NCBI GenBank assembly: GCA_013239625.1
Contig: MU056050.1
Coordinates: forward strand, 7,544,773-7,608,772
Length of the DNA stretch: 64,000 bases
Reading direction: 5' to 3'
DNA from: Lama guanicoe
Taxonomy: Eukaryota
The notes under the pieces were generated by a model. The model had not been told where the DNA came from, made no database searches, and saw nothing but the letters and a program-made list of their open reading frames with translations. Both the position numbers and the translations under genes were made by a program. Positions 16,605-28,691 of the stretch are shown here, one piece after another (within the stretch, counting starts at the first letter, position 1; each line of letters opens with the position of its first letter).

Positions 16605-17505
16605 TTAGAGTAGATGTTTCAATATTTCTTTTAGCATGGGCTTAGTGTTGCTAAACTCTTTTAGTTTTTGGTTGTCTATGAAATTCTTTATCTCTCCTTC
16701 TATTCTAAAAGATGACCTTGCTGAATAAAGTGTCCTAGGCTGCATCTTTTTTTCATTCAGGACTTTGAATATATCTTGCCACTCCCTTCTGGCCTATAGT
16801 ATTTGTGTAGAGAAATCGGCTGAGAGCCTTATGGGGGTTCCCTTGTAACTCACTCTTTGTTTTTCTCTTGCTGCCTTTAGGATCATTTCTTTATCCTTGA
16901 CTCTGACCATCTTGAGTGGGATATGTCTTGGTGTGGGTCTGTTTGGATTCTTCCGGTTTGGGACCCTCTGAACTTCCTGTACTTGGATTTCTGATTCATT
17001 CTCTAGGTTTGGGAAGGTTTCAGTCATCATTTCTTCAAATACCTTTTCAATCCCCTTTGTTCTTTCTTCCCCTTCTGGAACCCCTATTATGCGCAGATTG
17101 GCCTGCTTTATATTATACCATAGGTCCCTTACATTGTTTTCAATGGTTTTTGTTTGTTTTTCTCCCAGCTGTTCTGATTTGGTGCTTTGTTGTCCTGTCT
17201 TCTAGGTCACGTGTTCATTCCTCTGCATTATCTAGCCTGCTTTGTACAGCCTTTAGATCAGCTCTCATCTCAGCAAATGAGTTTACCAGTTCTACTTGGC
17301 TCTTCTTTATAGCTTCAATTTCATTTTTGACATACTTTATATCTCTAAGCAGTATCTCTTTTAGTTCCATCAGTACTTTGTTCCCTCCTTTTTTGAAATC
17401 TTGATCTAGTAGGCCATCAATGTCTATTTTATTGATCATGCTTTCAGGGGATATCTCTTGCTCTTTTAATTGGGAGTGGTTCCTCTGCTTCTTCATCTTT
17501 CTCAT
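16605..17505 (-). pseudogene. L1 ORF1, disrupted
   Basis: MRKMKKQRNHSQLKEQE...; RPTPRHI, ILKAAREK and YKGTPIRLSADFS motifs; premature TGA at 17215 and TAG at 16794. Confidence 0.92.
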
Positions 17506-17642
17506 ATCTCTCTGGCACTGTGGCTTATGGAGTATCAGTATCTATTGTGGTCTTTAAGGAGTTTATTTATTTATATATCTAAAGCCTATGCAGGAATAAA
17601 ACTTAAAAAAAGAGAGAGGTTTTAAAAGAATGGAGAAAAAAT

Positions 17643-18290
17643 GGTTTGAAAACAGTGTATAATCAACAATAGAAGAGCAAGCAGAATAGCAAGTGAGTTG
17701 AGATGTCTTTTAAAAACCTTAAGAAAAGGAGAAAAGATCATAAAACAATATTTGAGACCTGTGTATAATCGATAACAGGAGAGCAAAACCAAGAGAAATA
17801 AAAATGAAATGAGGTGGACTTTTTAAAATAATAAAAATTAAAAGATTGTAAAAGAAAAAATTTAAATGGATTAAAACTGGAGACATATACAATTGTTTAA
17901 AAAATAAAAATTTAAAAGTTAATAGAAAATAGAACAGATTTAAGAAAAGATAAAACAAGAGAGAATTAAAAGAAGAGAGAAGAAAAGGTTTGAAAACAGT
18001 CTATAATCAATAATTGAAGAGCAAGTTGAAGCAGAATAGCAATCGAGTTGAGACGTCTTTTAAAAGCCTTAAAAAAGGAGAAAAAATTAAAAAATAATAT
18101 TTGAAAGCTGTGAATAATCAATAACAGGAGATCAAAATCAACAGAATTAAAAATGAAATGAGGTGAATTTTTAAAAATAATAATAAAAACATTTAAAAAG
18201 AAAATTTAAAAGGGATTAAAACTGTAAATATATACAACTGTTCAAAAAGTAAAGATTTAAAAGGTAATAAGGAATAGAACAGATATAAAA
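17643..18290. repeat. AT-rich tandem duplication in the L1 5'UTR, 344-bp period
   Basis: ggtttgaaaacagt at 17643 and 17987, followed by collinear similar sequence. Confidence 0.9.
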
Positions 18291-18309
18291 AAGATTAAAA
18301 AAATAGGGA

Positions 18310-19598
18310 TGTGTTCTCCTGGAGACTGTGCACTCTTAATGATTTTATCGATAAGTCTTTCTGACTTCTCCCTGTTTCACGAACTGAGCTTGCTGTTTCC
18401 AGAGGCCCTCTGTTGGCGCCCCTCGTCTGTGCTTCTCCCAGTGCCTGTTGGCAAGCAGATCGGGCCCCCTCCCAACACTGGGTCAGGTGCTGCTCTCCTT
18501 CTCGGTGTGCAGTTGGGTCACTCACCTTCCTGATGCCACATTCAGATACTGCGCTCGGGGGAGGTAGGCAGGTGGATCACAGCCCCTCCCAGCACCATGG
18601 TCAGATGCTAAGCTCCTGCCAGGAAGGCGGGTGGCCACCCGCCCTCTTCAGGTGCCAGTCACTCCACTGCTCTGTGCAGCTGCCCGCTCTGCCTTGGGTA
18701 GGCACTCCGTAGGCGGGCTCAGGGAAGACTGTGGAACAGCCCCACCCCTACTCCATTCCAAATCTCAGCTCCTTGTTTGTCTTGGCAGCGCAAGTTCTCT
18801 GAGGTACCAGGGCAGAAAGAGCCTATCAGTCTCGGGCTGTATACAGGTCTCAGTCCTACCTAGGAGATTGCGGAGTCCCCGAGTGTGGATTCAGGTCTCA
18901 GCCCTGTCCCCGCCTGGGTGCTGTGCACAGGAGGCTATGGCAGCTGTGGCTGCTCCCCACCTCTCTTCTCATGAGAAATGCCAGTAATGGTGCCATGGGT
19001 CTGAGAAGACAAAGGCGCCCCTCCCTCCAGGGCACACCAGCAGTGTTTGCTCCTTTTTTCATAATTTATGGGGGCCCAGGTTGTTCTGCTCTGTATCCCC
19101 TCCCAGCCATGGAACGTGGCACCCTGCAATACCCCAGGGCTGCCTCAGTGCAGCCGCCTCAGTCCTCTGCCTGCATCAGGCAGCCTGTCCCAGCTCCCGG
19201 CTGCCAGCTCGTGTCTTGGGCTGGATGTCGCAGGGACCCTTTGTGCCAGTTAACTTGGTTCTGTTGGTCAAGGGGTGCTCCGGGCAGATCTGAGCCTTGG
19301 AGGTTCCCCCTCCGTCCCTCTGGCCTCTCCATTGGAGGGGGGGAGATTCAGCAAATGAGCACTTTTCCTCCTTTGTCACTCTCTCCCCACGGGACTGGTC
19401 CTGCACTGTTTTGCTTTTTCTTCTTTCTTTTTTCCTATCAGATTTTTGGCGTCTTTGTCTTTTGAAGAGGTTAATGTTCTGTCGGAGTTCTGCAGGTGCT
19501 CTGGTTGGCTGAGTGGGTCCGTGGATGTGAGTTTTGGTGTATTTGTGGGAGAGGGTGAGCTACGAGCATCCTTCTACTCTGCCATCTTGCTTCTTCTC
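18310..19598 (-). promoter_or_regulatory. L1 internal promoter region (GC-rich 5'UTR, YY1 site)
   Basis: CAAGATGGC on the minus strand at 19581-19589, about 10 nt from the 5' end; residual CpGs. Confidence 0.75.
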
Positions 19599-22349
19599 AT
19601 TATACCTTTATAATGATTCTTAAAACCAGGTGGTTTGTTCTTTGTTCTTTATAAAAGTTGTTTTGAAACGTGTAGATTCTTTGAATCCCCATATAACTTT
19701 TAGAAACAACTTGTGAATGAAGCTTGCTGGAATTTTGATTATCATTGTGATGATTCTATAGATCAATTTGGAGAGAACTGATATCTTAACAATATTGAGC
19801 CTTCTGATCCATAAACATGGTATATCTCTACACTTATTTAGGTCTTCTAAAATTTCTCTCAGCAGTGTTATTATGTATGTGTCTTTCACATAATTTGTAA
19901 AATTTATTCCTAAATATTTTATATTATTTAATGCTGTTGTAAATAATCTTTTTTTTTAACATTTAAACTTCCTTTTGTTTGTTGCTGGGATGCAATACAT
20001 TTTTGTATATTGACCTTGTATCCTGCAACTTTGCTAAACTCACTATTTAGTATCATTTTTTGGTAAATCTCTTATGATTTTCTACAGAGATGATCATGTA
20101 GTCTGGGAATAAAATATCTATTTCTAATCTGAATTTTTCTTTCTTTTTCATTCCTCTCTATGTTGAGTAAAGCCTCCAGTACAATGTTGAATAGAAATAT
20201 TGTGGGTATATATCCTTGCTTTGTTCCTGATCTAAGAGGGGAAACATGTAGTCTTTCAATATTCAGTATACTGTTAGCTGTAGATTTTTCATAGTTTTCC
20301 TTTATCAATTTGGAGATGTTATCTTCTATGGATAATTTGCATAGTTTTTTTAAAATAATCAATAATGGATGTTGGATTTTATTTAAGGTGTTTTCTGTAT
20401 GTATTCTGTATAATAATTATATATTTTTTCTTTTTTATTTTGTTAATATGGTGAATTACAATGATTTTCAAGCAGTAACCCAAATTTGCAATCCTTTTAT
20501 AATTCTACTTGGCCATGTTGTAATATGTTTTAAATATTTTACTGGCTGTGATTTGCTAAAATTTGTTAAGAATTTTAATGTATATGTTTGTGAGGGATAT
20601 TGATCTATATAGTTTTGTTGTGATAATTTTGACTGGTTTTGGTATCAGGGTAATGCTGGCACATAGATGGAGCTGTAAAGTATTACCTCGTTTTAATTTT
20701 TCTGGTAATGTTTGTGTAGAACTGGTACTATTTCTTGCTTCAATGTTTGGTAGAATTTACAAGAAAAGCTATTGAGACCTAGAATTCTCTTTGTGGGAAG
20801 GTTTTTAACTACAAATTCTTTAGTATCTTAAATAGATATTGGACATTTCAGGTTATCTTTTTCTTCTTGAGTGAGCTTTGGTAGTTTTTGTCTTTTAAAG
20901 ATTTGTTCATTTCACCTAAATTGTTGAAATTATTAACTGAAATTGTTTATAATATCCTTTTTATTCCCTATTATTTGTAGAATCTTTAGTGGTGTCACCT
21001 TATCCCTGATATTGGTAAATTGTGTCTTCTTCCTTTTTGCCCTGATTAGTCTGGCTAGAGGTTTATGAAGTTTTTTGGCCTTCTCAAAGAACTAGCTTTG
21101 GTCACATTGATTTTCCCTAATGTGTTCCTGTTCTATATTTTATTTATTTCTGATAACTTGATATAAGACTTTTCTTCTTTTCTAATGTAATTTTTCACGG
21201 TATAAATTTCTCCCCAACCACTGCTTTAGCTGAAATCCACAGATTTTGGTATCTTGCATTATCATGTTTATTCAGTTCAAAACATTTTAAATTTTTCTTG
21301 TGATTTCTTATTTGGCCATGGATTATTTAGAAGTGTATTGTTTAATTTTTAAATACTTGGAGATTCTTCTTATATCTTTGTGTTACTGATTTCTAATTTC
21401 AATTCTATTTGGTCAGAGAACATATTTGTATGATTATAATCTTGAAAATATATATTTAGGCTTATTTTATAGGGCCAGAATATGGTCTATCATGATAAAA
21501 GTATGTGTACTTGGAGATTTATTTATTCTGATAATTTTTATTGGCATAGTCTATAAATGTCATGTAGGTAAATTGTATTGATTATACTGTTCCAGTCTTC
21601 TTTAACCTCACTGACTTTCTGTCGACTTGTTCTGTCCATTATTGAGAAGGGGATATTGAAATCTCCAACTGTAATTGTAAATATGCCTATTTTTTCTTTC
21701 AGCTTTATCAGTATTTACATCATGTTTTTTTGAATCCCAGTCATTAGGTGCATAATATCTAAGATTATTATATATTTTTGATGAATCAACTCCTTTGAAA
21801 TTATGAAATGACCTTCTTTGGTCTGAAGTCTATGTTGCATGTATTGATATGGTTACTCTAGCTTTCTTTTGTCAATTGTTAGCATGATTAACCTTTTATT
21901 CAGAATTTTTAAAGATATTTTTTCCTATGTCTTCTGACTTGCATTGCTTCCAATAAGTCTGCTATCTTTCTTATATTTGTTCCTCTGTATGTAATAGGTG
22001 CTTTTCCCCCTTTGGCTTCTTTTAAGATTTCTCTTTATCACTAGTTTTAATCAATAAGAATATGATGTGCCTCGATGTAGTTTTTTCATGCTTTTTGTGC
22101 TTGGAATATTGAGATTCTTGAATTTGTAGATTTATAATTTTCATCTAATTTGGAAAATGTTCAGCCATTATTTCTTCCAATATTTTTTCTGTTCTCCCTC
22201 CTTTTCTTTTCTTCTAATGAACATCACAGGTTCAGGCTGATTAAATTTGTCCCACTGCTCATTGTGCTAACTTTTTCTTTTTTTTCCTCCCTTTTTAAAT
22301 TTTCAATAGTTTCTAATGTTCTGTCTTTAAATCTTGTAATCCTTTCTCT

Positions 22350-23440
22350 GCAGGTTTCTCTTCTTGTTACTTACCCCTTACACACTGATGTTCCTCCAAG
22401 GATCTTTCCTGTGCTACTTTTTCTTCTCACCCTGCACACTGATCCACTTCCAGAGCTTTAGTTACCACTTCTATTTTGATCACTGCTAAAACTGTGTCTT
22501 TAGTCCAGACCATTCAGTATTCCAGTATTTCTGACTGCATATTTGACAACTTCCCTGGCTTGACCCAAAGGTACTTCAGCTCACACAGAAACTACTATCT
22601 ACTCATGTGTGTCTTATGATAGTAAATAGCAACACAAAACAGCTGGTTACCAACACTAGCAATGTGGGTCTCATCAAAGACCCACCCCAACTCATTCTCT
22701 AACCCCATTTATTTGATGATGACATTTTGTCAGCTTTATTCTTTAATATGACTCAGGTTGTTCTGCCTTTCTCTATTAAAACTGCATTGGCTCAAGTTCC
22801 AGGTCTTCCTCATCTACATAATTACAAGTCTCCCTGCCTTTATAAGCCTCTTCCAATCTTTCTTGAACTCTGCCTACTACAGAATGACTTTCTACTATGC
22901 AGATCTGATCATGTCATTCTCTAAGTTCCTATGGACAACAAAATACAGTTCAAATTTCTTCACATAGGATACAAAGACTCCTGTGATCTTTTGCCTACTT
23001 AACTAACATAAGTTTTTATAGATCTTCTTTGTAAGTAATCCACGATGGCTATTTGCAGTTCCTTGAAGAAGCTATGTTGTTTCATACCTCTGTGTCTTTG
23101 CTTCAGCTCTTCCTCCTCATAAAATATACTTTTTACCTTTCTGTATGGCAAATTCTTACTTATTCTTTCAGACCCAGCTCAAGAGTTCATTTTTCTACAA
23201 AGTGTTTCCTGAACCACCCAGGGTAATAACTCCTTTTTTTTTTGATCCACCAAAGTACATGGTACCTCTATTATATAATTTCTTACATTCTATTACAAAT
23301 ATTTGTTCACATCAGTCTTCCTTACTATACTATGAGCTTCTTGAAGGATTAAACCTTGTTGCATTTCTGTATCCCTAGGTTTATAGCATAATTCTTAACA
23401 TATGAAAAGTGCCCAGTAAATGTTTATTGATGTATAGAAT
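22350..23440 (+). mobile_element. L2 RT region to 3' end (right part of the split element)
   Basis: tcttacttattctttcagacccagctcaag...tatgagcttcttgaagga...tgcccagtaaatgtttattga. Confidence 0.75.
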
Positions 23441-23689
23441 TGTTTTTCCATGGATATAAAATGGGTAAGAGGTATGGCAGGATTTGAACCTGGATTTTTG
23501 TAAATTGAAATCCTTATTTTATCCACTACTTGATCCTATCTTCAAGTTAAATATCCCAATTCATTGAATTTTTCTTCCTAAAGTTCTCTATATGGACTTA
23601 TTTGATCTTATTTGATCATTTCTCTCTCTCTGTCTTTCTCTCTCATTGTTCACTTTTTCCACATGTGTAAGACTTTTAAGTCTGTAAAT

Positions 23690-23888
23690 CTATAGAAGAT
23701 ATGAAAATATGTATTTTCCAAAGATAGCTACAATAATATCTCATATTCCACATACTGTTGTGCAATATAACTCTCCCATCAAGACATAGGGTCCATTTTT
23801 CCCCTTCTTTGAGTCTGCATGGGACCTGTGACTGCTTTGAACAATATAGTACAATAAAATTATGCTGTGACCATTCTTGGAATATCTC

Positions 23889-23933
<45 letters not shown>

Positions 23934-24400
23934 ATTGAAGTATAGTCAGTTTAAAATATTGTTTAAATTTCTGGTGTACAGCATAATGTTTCAGTCATAC
24001 ATGAACATACATGTATCTTGGAATCTCTCTTAACCAATCTGGCAGTTTCTACTTCCTAACTCTTGAAAGCCAGCAAACATGTGACTATACTGAGACTACC
24101 AATGCTATGAGAAGTTCACATCATCTGGAGAGGCCTTGGAGGATGAGGTATTATATTGAGAAAGAGGGGGAGAGGCCAATGTGTCAGACCTTGAGGTGCC
24201 AAACATTTAGGTGTAGAAACTATATTGAAAGTGGAGTATCTAGTTCTAGCTCTTCGGCAGACTCCATATGAATCAGAGACAAATTACCAGCCAAGACCTT
24301 CCCAAATTCCTGCTCCATTATATTATGAATAAGGTAAAACTGTTGTTTTAGGCCCCTAAATTTTGGATGATTTGTTATACAGCAATAGATAGCCAAAATG
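23690..24400 (+). mobile_element. MaLR LTR (MLT1G/H-like) containing a small L1 insert
   Basis: tattttccaaagatagctacaataatatctc...tgttgttttaggcccctaaattttggatgatttgttatacagcaatagata. Confidence 0.8.
23891..24015 (-). mobile_element. Short L1 3' end with a (CA)20 tail
   Basis: (GT)20 followed by aattgaagtatagtcag...; TSD TCTTGGAAT(A/C)TCTCTT at 23875-23890 and 24016-24031. Confidence 0.88.
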
Positions 24401-25929
24401 GAGGAGAGGGGAAATTGACTAACATATCTACCATCATGGATGTCTTAGAGTAAAACCTTTTCCCCTAAGCCCCAAAATACCAAGAGAAGAAAGTCAAACT
24501 AGAGACTAGAAAGAAAGATAAGGACAAATATGAGGCCTTCTTAATAACTTTAGTGGGAAATAAATAGTACATAGAGCTTGGTACCCTTTGAAGTGGTGGA
24601 GACAAAACATAAATTATTTCCAAACAGGCAGGAAAAAGGATTCATTTTCACTAATACAGATGGCATGGATCAAGGGAAGGTAGCAGCTATTTTGAACAGC
24701 AGAAAGACTATTCCCCAAAGTCATGACAGGTAGAATAATGAGTTAAATATATAAGATACAATTTACTAAGTATTAACTAACAGTAATAAATGGAGTCCAA
24801 CCTGCATATGTATAAAAATAAATAATTAGCACAACCTGTGAGATAATAATTTAGGTGCCAGTAACTGCTCAGAGAGGTAATAACTTCTTAAACAACCTTA
24901 TTAAAAGTAGAAAATTTCAAATGAAGGAGTCTGATCGCTTTTTTAAAAAACTCAGAACATACCTGGAAGATTATCCTCAGTTCTGTGAGCAATCAGGAGA
25001 ATCAGAGGACTCAAAGCATATAACCTGCAGGAACTATTTACCCTTTAAGTCCCTGTTAATCTGGAGAGTCTCTAAAACTATATTTAGAGGCATTCTTGAA
25101 ATTTTGAAGGTCTCACACAATTCCTCAATACCCTGTTTCAGCCTGGATCCACTGCAGTGGTGTTCTTTAAATCCAACTGCATAATACTCTAACAAGAGCT
25201 AGAAAGGCAGAGTCCAGAGGGAGGATTGCTTCTGGGCTTTCTCATGGTAGGATTTGATTAAGACAGGCTTTCCCGTAAAACCTCTGAGGTAGACTGGGGT
25301 GGATCTTGTTTGGATGGCCCTGCTATCTCACGAATAGGAAGGATTTCCAATTTTCCGTTTAGAAAGATCCAGCAGGCCTGAGGTCAAGGTCAGTTGGACA
25401 TGACTTCACCAGAGTTTTGCGCCTGTTTGCTTTGCTTTGTGATGTATGACTCATCATAATTAAATTTTGAGCTATATTAACTATAATTCCTGCACTTATT
25501 AGGTGATCAGGGTTTAAAGCCCTTGTAAAAGAGGATGAGTTGCTCATTCTGATAATACAATTAACTACCCAACAGAACTAATATTTTATTTTAGGGAAGA
25601 ATAACTTTTGATTAATTATGCATTTTATTTCCCAAATCCCTGCAGCAGTAGGTCACGTCTTCAGTGAGAAAGCCAGAGAAAAAGTGTAAAATTAGAAAAT
25701 TCAGAGTGTTTGGAGGTTTATTAGTATGACCTCTCCAGAGTTGGCTTCTCCCTCAGAGCCCACTCCTAAGACTCTGTTCCCTTGGGCACATATGTACCTC
25801 AGGATTCTCCACAGCAGTGTATGCCTGAAAACATTTTTCTGGAAACACTGATTTCCATTTCCCTCATTTCTTTTTACAGAAACAGGGCATAATATTGGCA
25901 TTTCTGTGGTTCTTTGGTAATATTTCCTT

Positions 25930-27510
25930 AGCAAAACCTATGTGAAGAGGACTGATTGAGAGTAATCAGGAAATGCTTCCTGAAAGAGGTGATGGTTGAG
26001 AAGAGCATTGACTCAAGGCTTACATGAGCATTGTGGTACATGGTTTGAGGTCAAGGAAATCAGTAAGAAGTTTATTTTGATAATCTAGATGAGAGATCAG
26101 CAGTAGGGATGAAGAGAAGCAGACATATCCAGCCAACTTTAAAGAAGTAGAAACTCAAGGAATTGGTAACTGATTGGATGTTTTGTAGGGGGCAGTGAGT
26201 CAGGACGGTCAAGAAAAATTTCCAGGTGCTTAATTTGGGTGATAGGGCATATGACGATTGATTAGGTGGTAAAGTATGTTTTGTCGGGGGAGGATTGTTT
26301 CTTCTGGAATGGTAGAAGAAATTCTGAGTTGGAGTTAACTGTGGTACATCAAGGTAAAGATGCGTAATAGGCAGCTGGATGTGTGGACCTAAAATTCAGA
26401 AGAGAGAACTAAATTTAGAAATCATGGATATAGTAGTTGGATCCATGGATGTGGACCAGGAATATGGTGTTTAAATTAGACTGTGAGATGAGAACTAAGG
26501 ATTTAACTCTGGGGAAGATTAACTCTAAAAGGATGAGCCAAGGAGGAGTCAGGAAGGAGACTGAGCAGAAACAAATATCAGTGGAGTTAACTATGGGGAA
26601 CTGAGGACCACTGAGGCAAAGGGCAGGGAGGACACCTTGAAAAATGCATCAGCTTTCTCAACGATAAGAATTAGTGGAAGAGGGGCTGAGGAAGACTTTA
26701 CAGGTTTAAAGTTTAGCACAAGTAAAGACACAGAAAGTGAACTGGGGAAGGTGCCAAGACAAAAATTTTAGTGAACTAAATTAAGCGTTTTCCCTGAAAG
26801 CAGTTTACCATCATTACCTACCCTGCCAAGGAGCCTCAGCGTGACTTCTCCCCTTCTGGAGTCCATGTAGGTATTACCCTTTTTTTCCCTCCTCTTACCC
26901 TCTGGCTCCCAAGGAGCAACATTCATCTTTTGCTGCTTTCCCAAATCTTTCACTCCTGCTGGCTTGCAGAATGATGGAATATGAGGTATTCAAAACCTAC
27001 AATATTCTGGCCCAAATGGACCTTCCCATTATATCTTTCCTTTCTTATATCCAATCTCAGCTCCATCAAAATGCAATTATCCACTGATATCTATCTAGTC
27101 CATCTGGTTTCTTAGCTCTATGCCTATGTTATGCTGTTCTCTTTCTCTGGCAGCCCCCACTCCCACCCATTTACCATTTCTTCAAATTCTTTTTATCCTT
27201 CATAAGTCCAGCTCCATGCACTAAGAAGTCATTCCCGATCCCCCAAAGCGATCCTAACCTTTTCTCTAGCCTACCAGAGAATTTTGCTCTCTTATGGCAT
27301 GAATCCTAATTTGCTATGCACTTGGAGTTATCCTTGTCTGTTTCAATTTTTCTCTCAAGACTATGATGAATTCCTTGAGAGCCTAGACCATGTCCTGCCC
27401 TTCCTTGTGTCTTGTCCACTAGCACCAAGCACAAAGCCTGATACATACAAAATGTTCAATAAATGCTTATAGAATGAATAAGTGAGTGAATGAAGGAAAG
27501 AATAAATGAT
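25930..27510. mobile_element. L2 fragments (- about 25930-26660; + about 26990-27510)
   Basis: aatcaggaaatgcttcctgaaagaggtgatggttgag; tail gttcaataaatgcttatagaatgaataagtgagtgaatgaa. Confidence 0.7.
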
Positions 27511-28347
27511 TTGTCGGAGAGCTCAGTGCTAATCTCAGAGAGAAAACTTTCTTATCCCTGGCCCCCAGATTCCAAACACAGTCTTAGTAAAGTCATGAGT
27601 ATTGTCTTACATCAATAAGAAAAAGGCTTTGCCCTATATTGTGCCAAATCTCTTATTGGTCAGATGCATAGTATATTATTTTCTGTATTTTCATTTCTCC
27701 ACATCCAACTGTAAGCTAATGCCATGATGTAGGGGAAAGAGCCTGACCTGGGTATGGCTTGGGTTCAAATTCTGAAATTGTTTGTTACCCGTTTTCTGTG
27801 AATCTAAGACAAGTCACTTGCCCTCTCTGCCCTGTAAACAGGAGTGTCCATTCCCAGTACTACTGTGAGGCCCCAGAAAGATATGAAGTATACAGTTTAT
27901 ACAGGTTTTTTTTTGCAAAAATAGACTCTGGACTCAGGTGAGGCACTGTCATTAATGAGGCAATTAATCTGGTTTGGAATAAGGAGATCTGGATCCTGCC
28001 CTGGTTGGACCAGGCTGCTTTTTAATCACTGTGCTGGCTGTTGCAGAGCTCTGAGGCATGACTTTGAGTTATGTAGATGACACTTGTTAATGACAGAACA
28101 ATCTATAGAGGGATGAGCAGATATGGTGGAGAGTCCAAGGTAACTAGCTTGGCTAGTAACAAGCTTCTGCCTGGAGTTGGTAATGAAATCATCAGGGCAA
28201 TATTGCAGGGAAATGGAAGAGAAAATTGAGCCAAAGTGTAGATTTTCAGGCAGTTTTGGGAAGGCGTGTTTTTTGTGTATGTGTATGTGTGTGTATGTGT
28301 GTGTGTGTCTGAGGGGAGATTAGGGTTCGTTAATAGCAATAACTCTT

Positions 28348-28691
28348 TTTTAAAGAAATACTTGATTTATTTAATTATTTGTAATAAAAAATAATGGTAA
28401 ACACCATTCTTCATTCAATGTTCATAAGCATTATAGATGTGTTCATATTGGTTATGATTTAAACACATGCTTTCCTTATTTGTTGAAGTATAGTTGTGAT
28501 TTACAATATTACATTAGTTTTAGATATACAATGTTATGATTCAATATTTTATAGACTATACTCCATTTAAAGTTATTACAAAATAATAGTTATAGTTCCC
28601 TGTGATGTATAATATATCTTTGTTGATTATCTATTTTATACATTGTAGTTTTTATCTGTTAGTCCCATACTCCTATCTTGCCCCTCCCCTC
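28348..28691 (-). mobile_element. L1 3'UTR fragment with an apparent 3' transduction of about 125 bp
   Basis: Perfect 18-bp TSD TTAATAGCAATAACTCTT at 28330-28347 and 28692-28709; L1 similarity only from about 28478 to 28691. Confidence 0.85.

Noticed and set aside
17643..18290. CRISPR-like or satellite array
   Set aside because: Two long diverged units inside an L1 5'UTR; no repeat-spacer structure, and the context is eukaryotic
24855..25184. 109-aa ORF as a possible processed pseudogene
   Set aside because: Non-ATG start, no recognisable homology, no poly(A) or TSD
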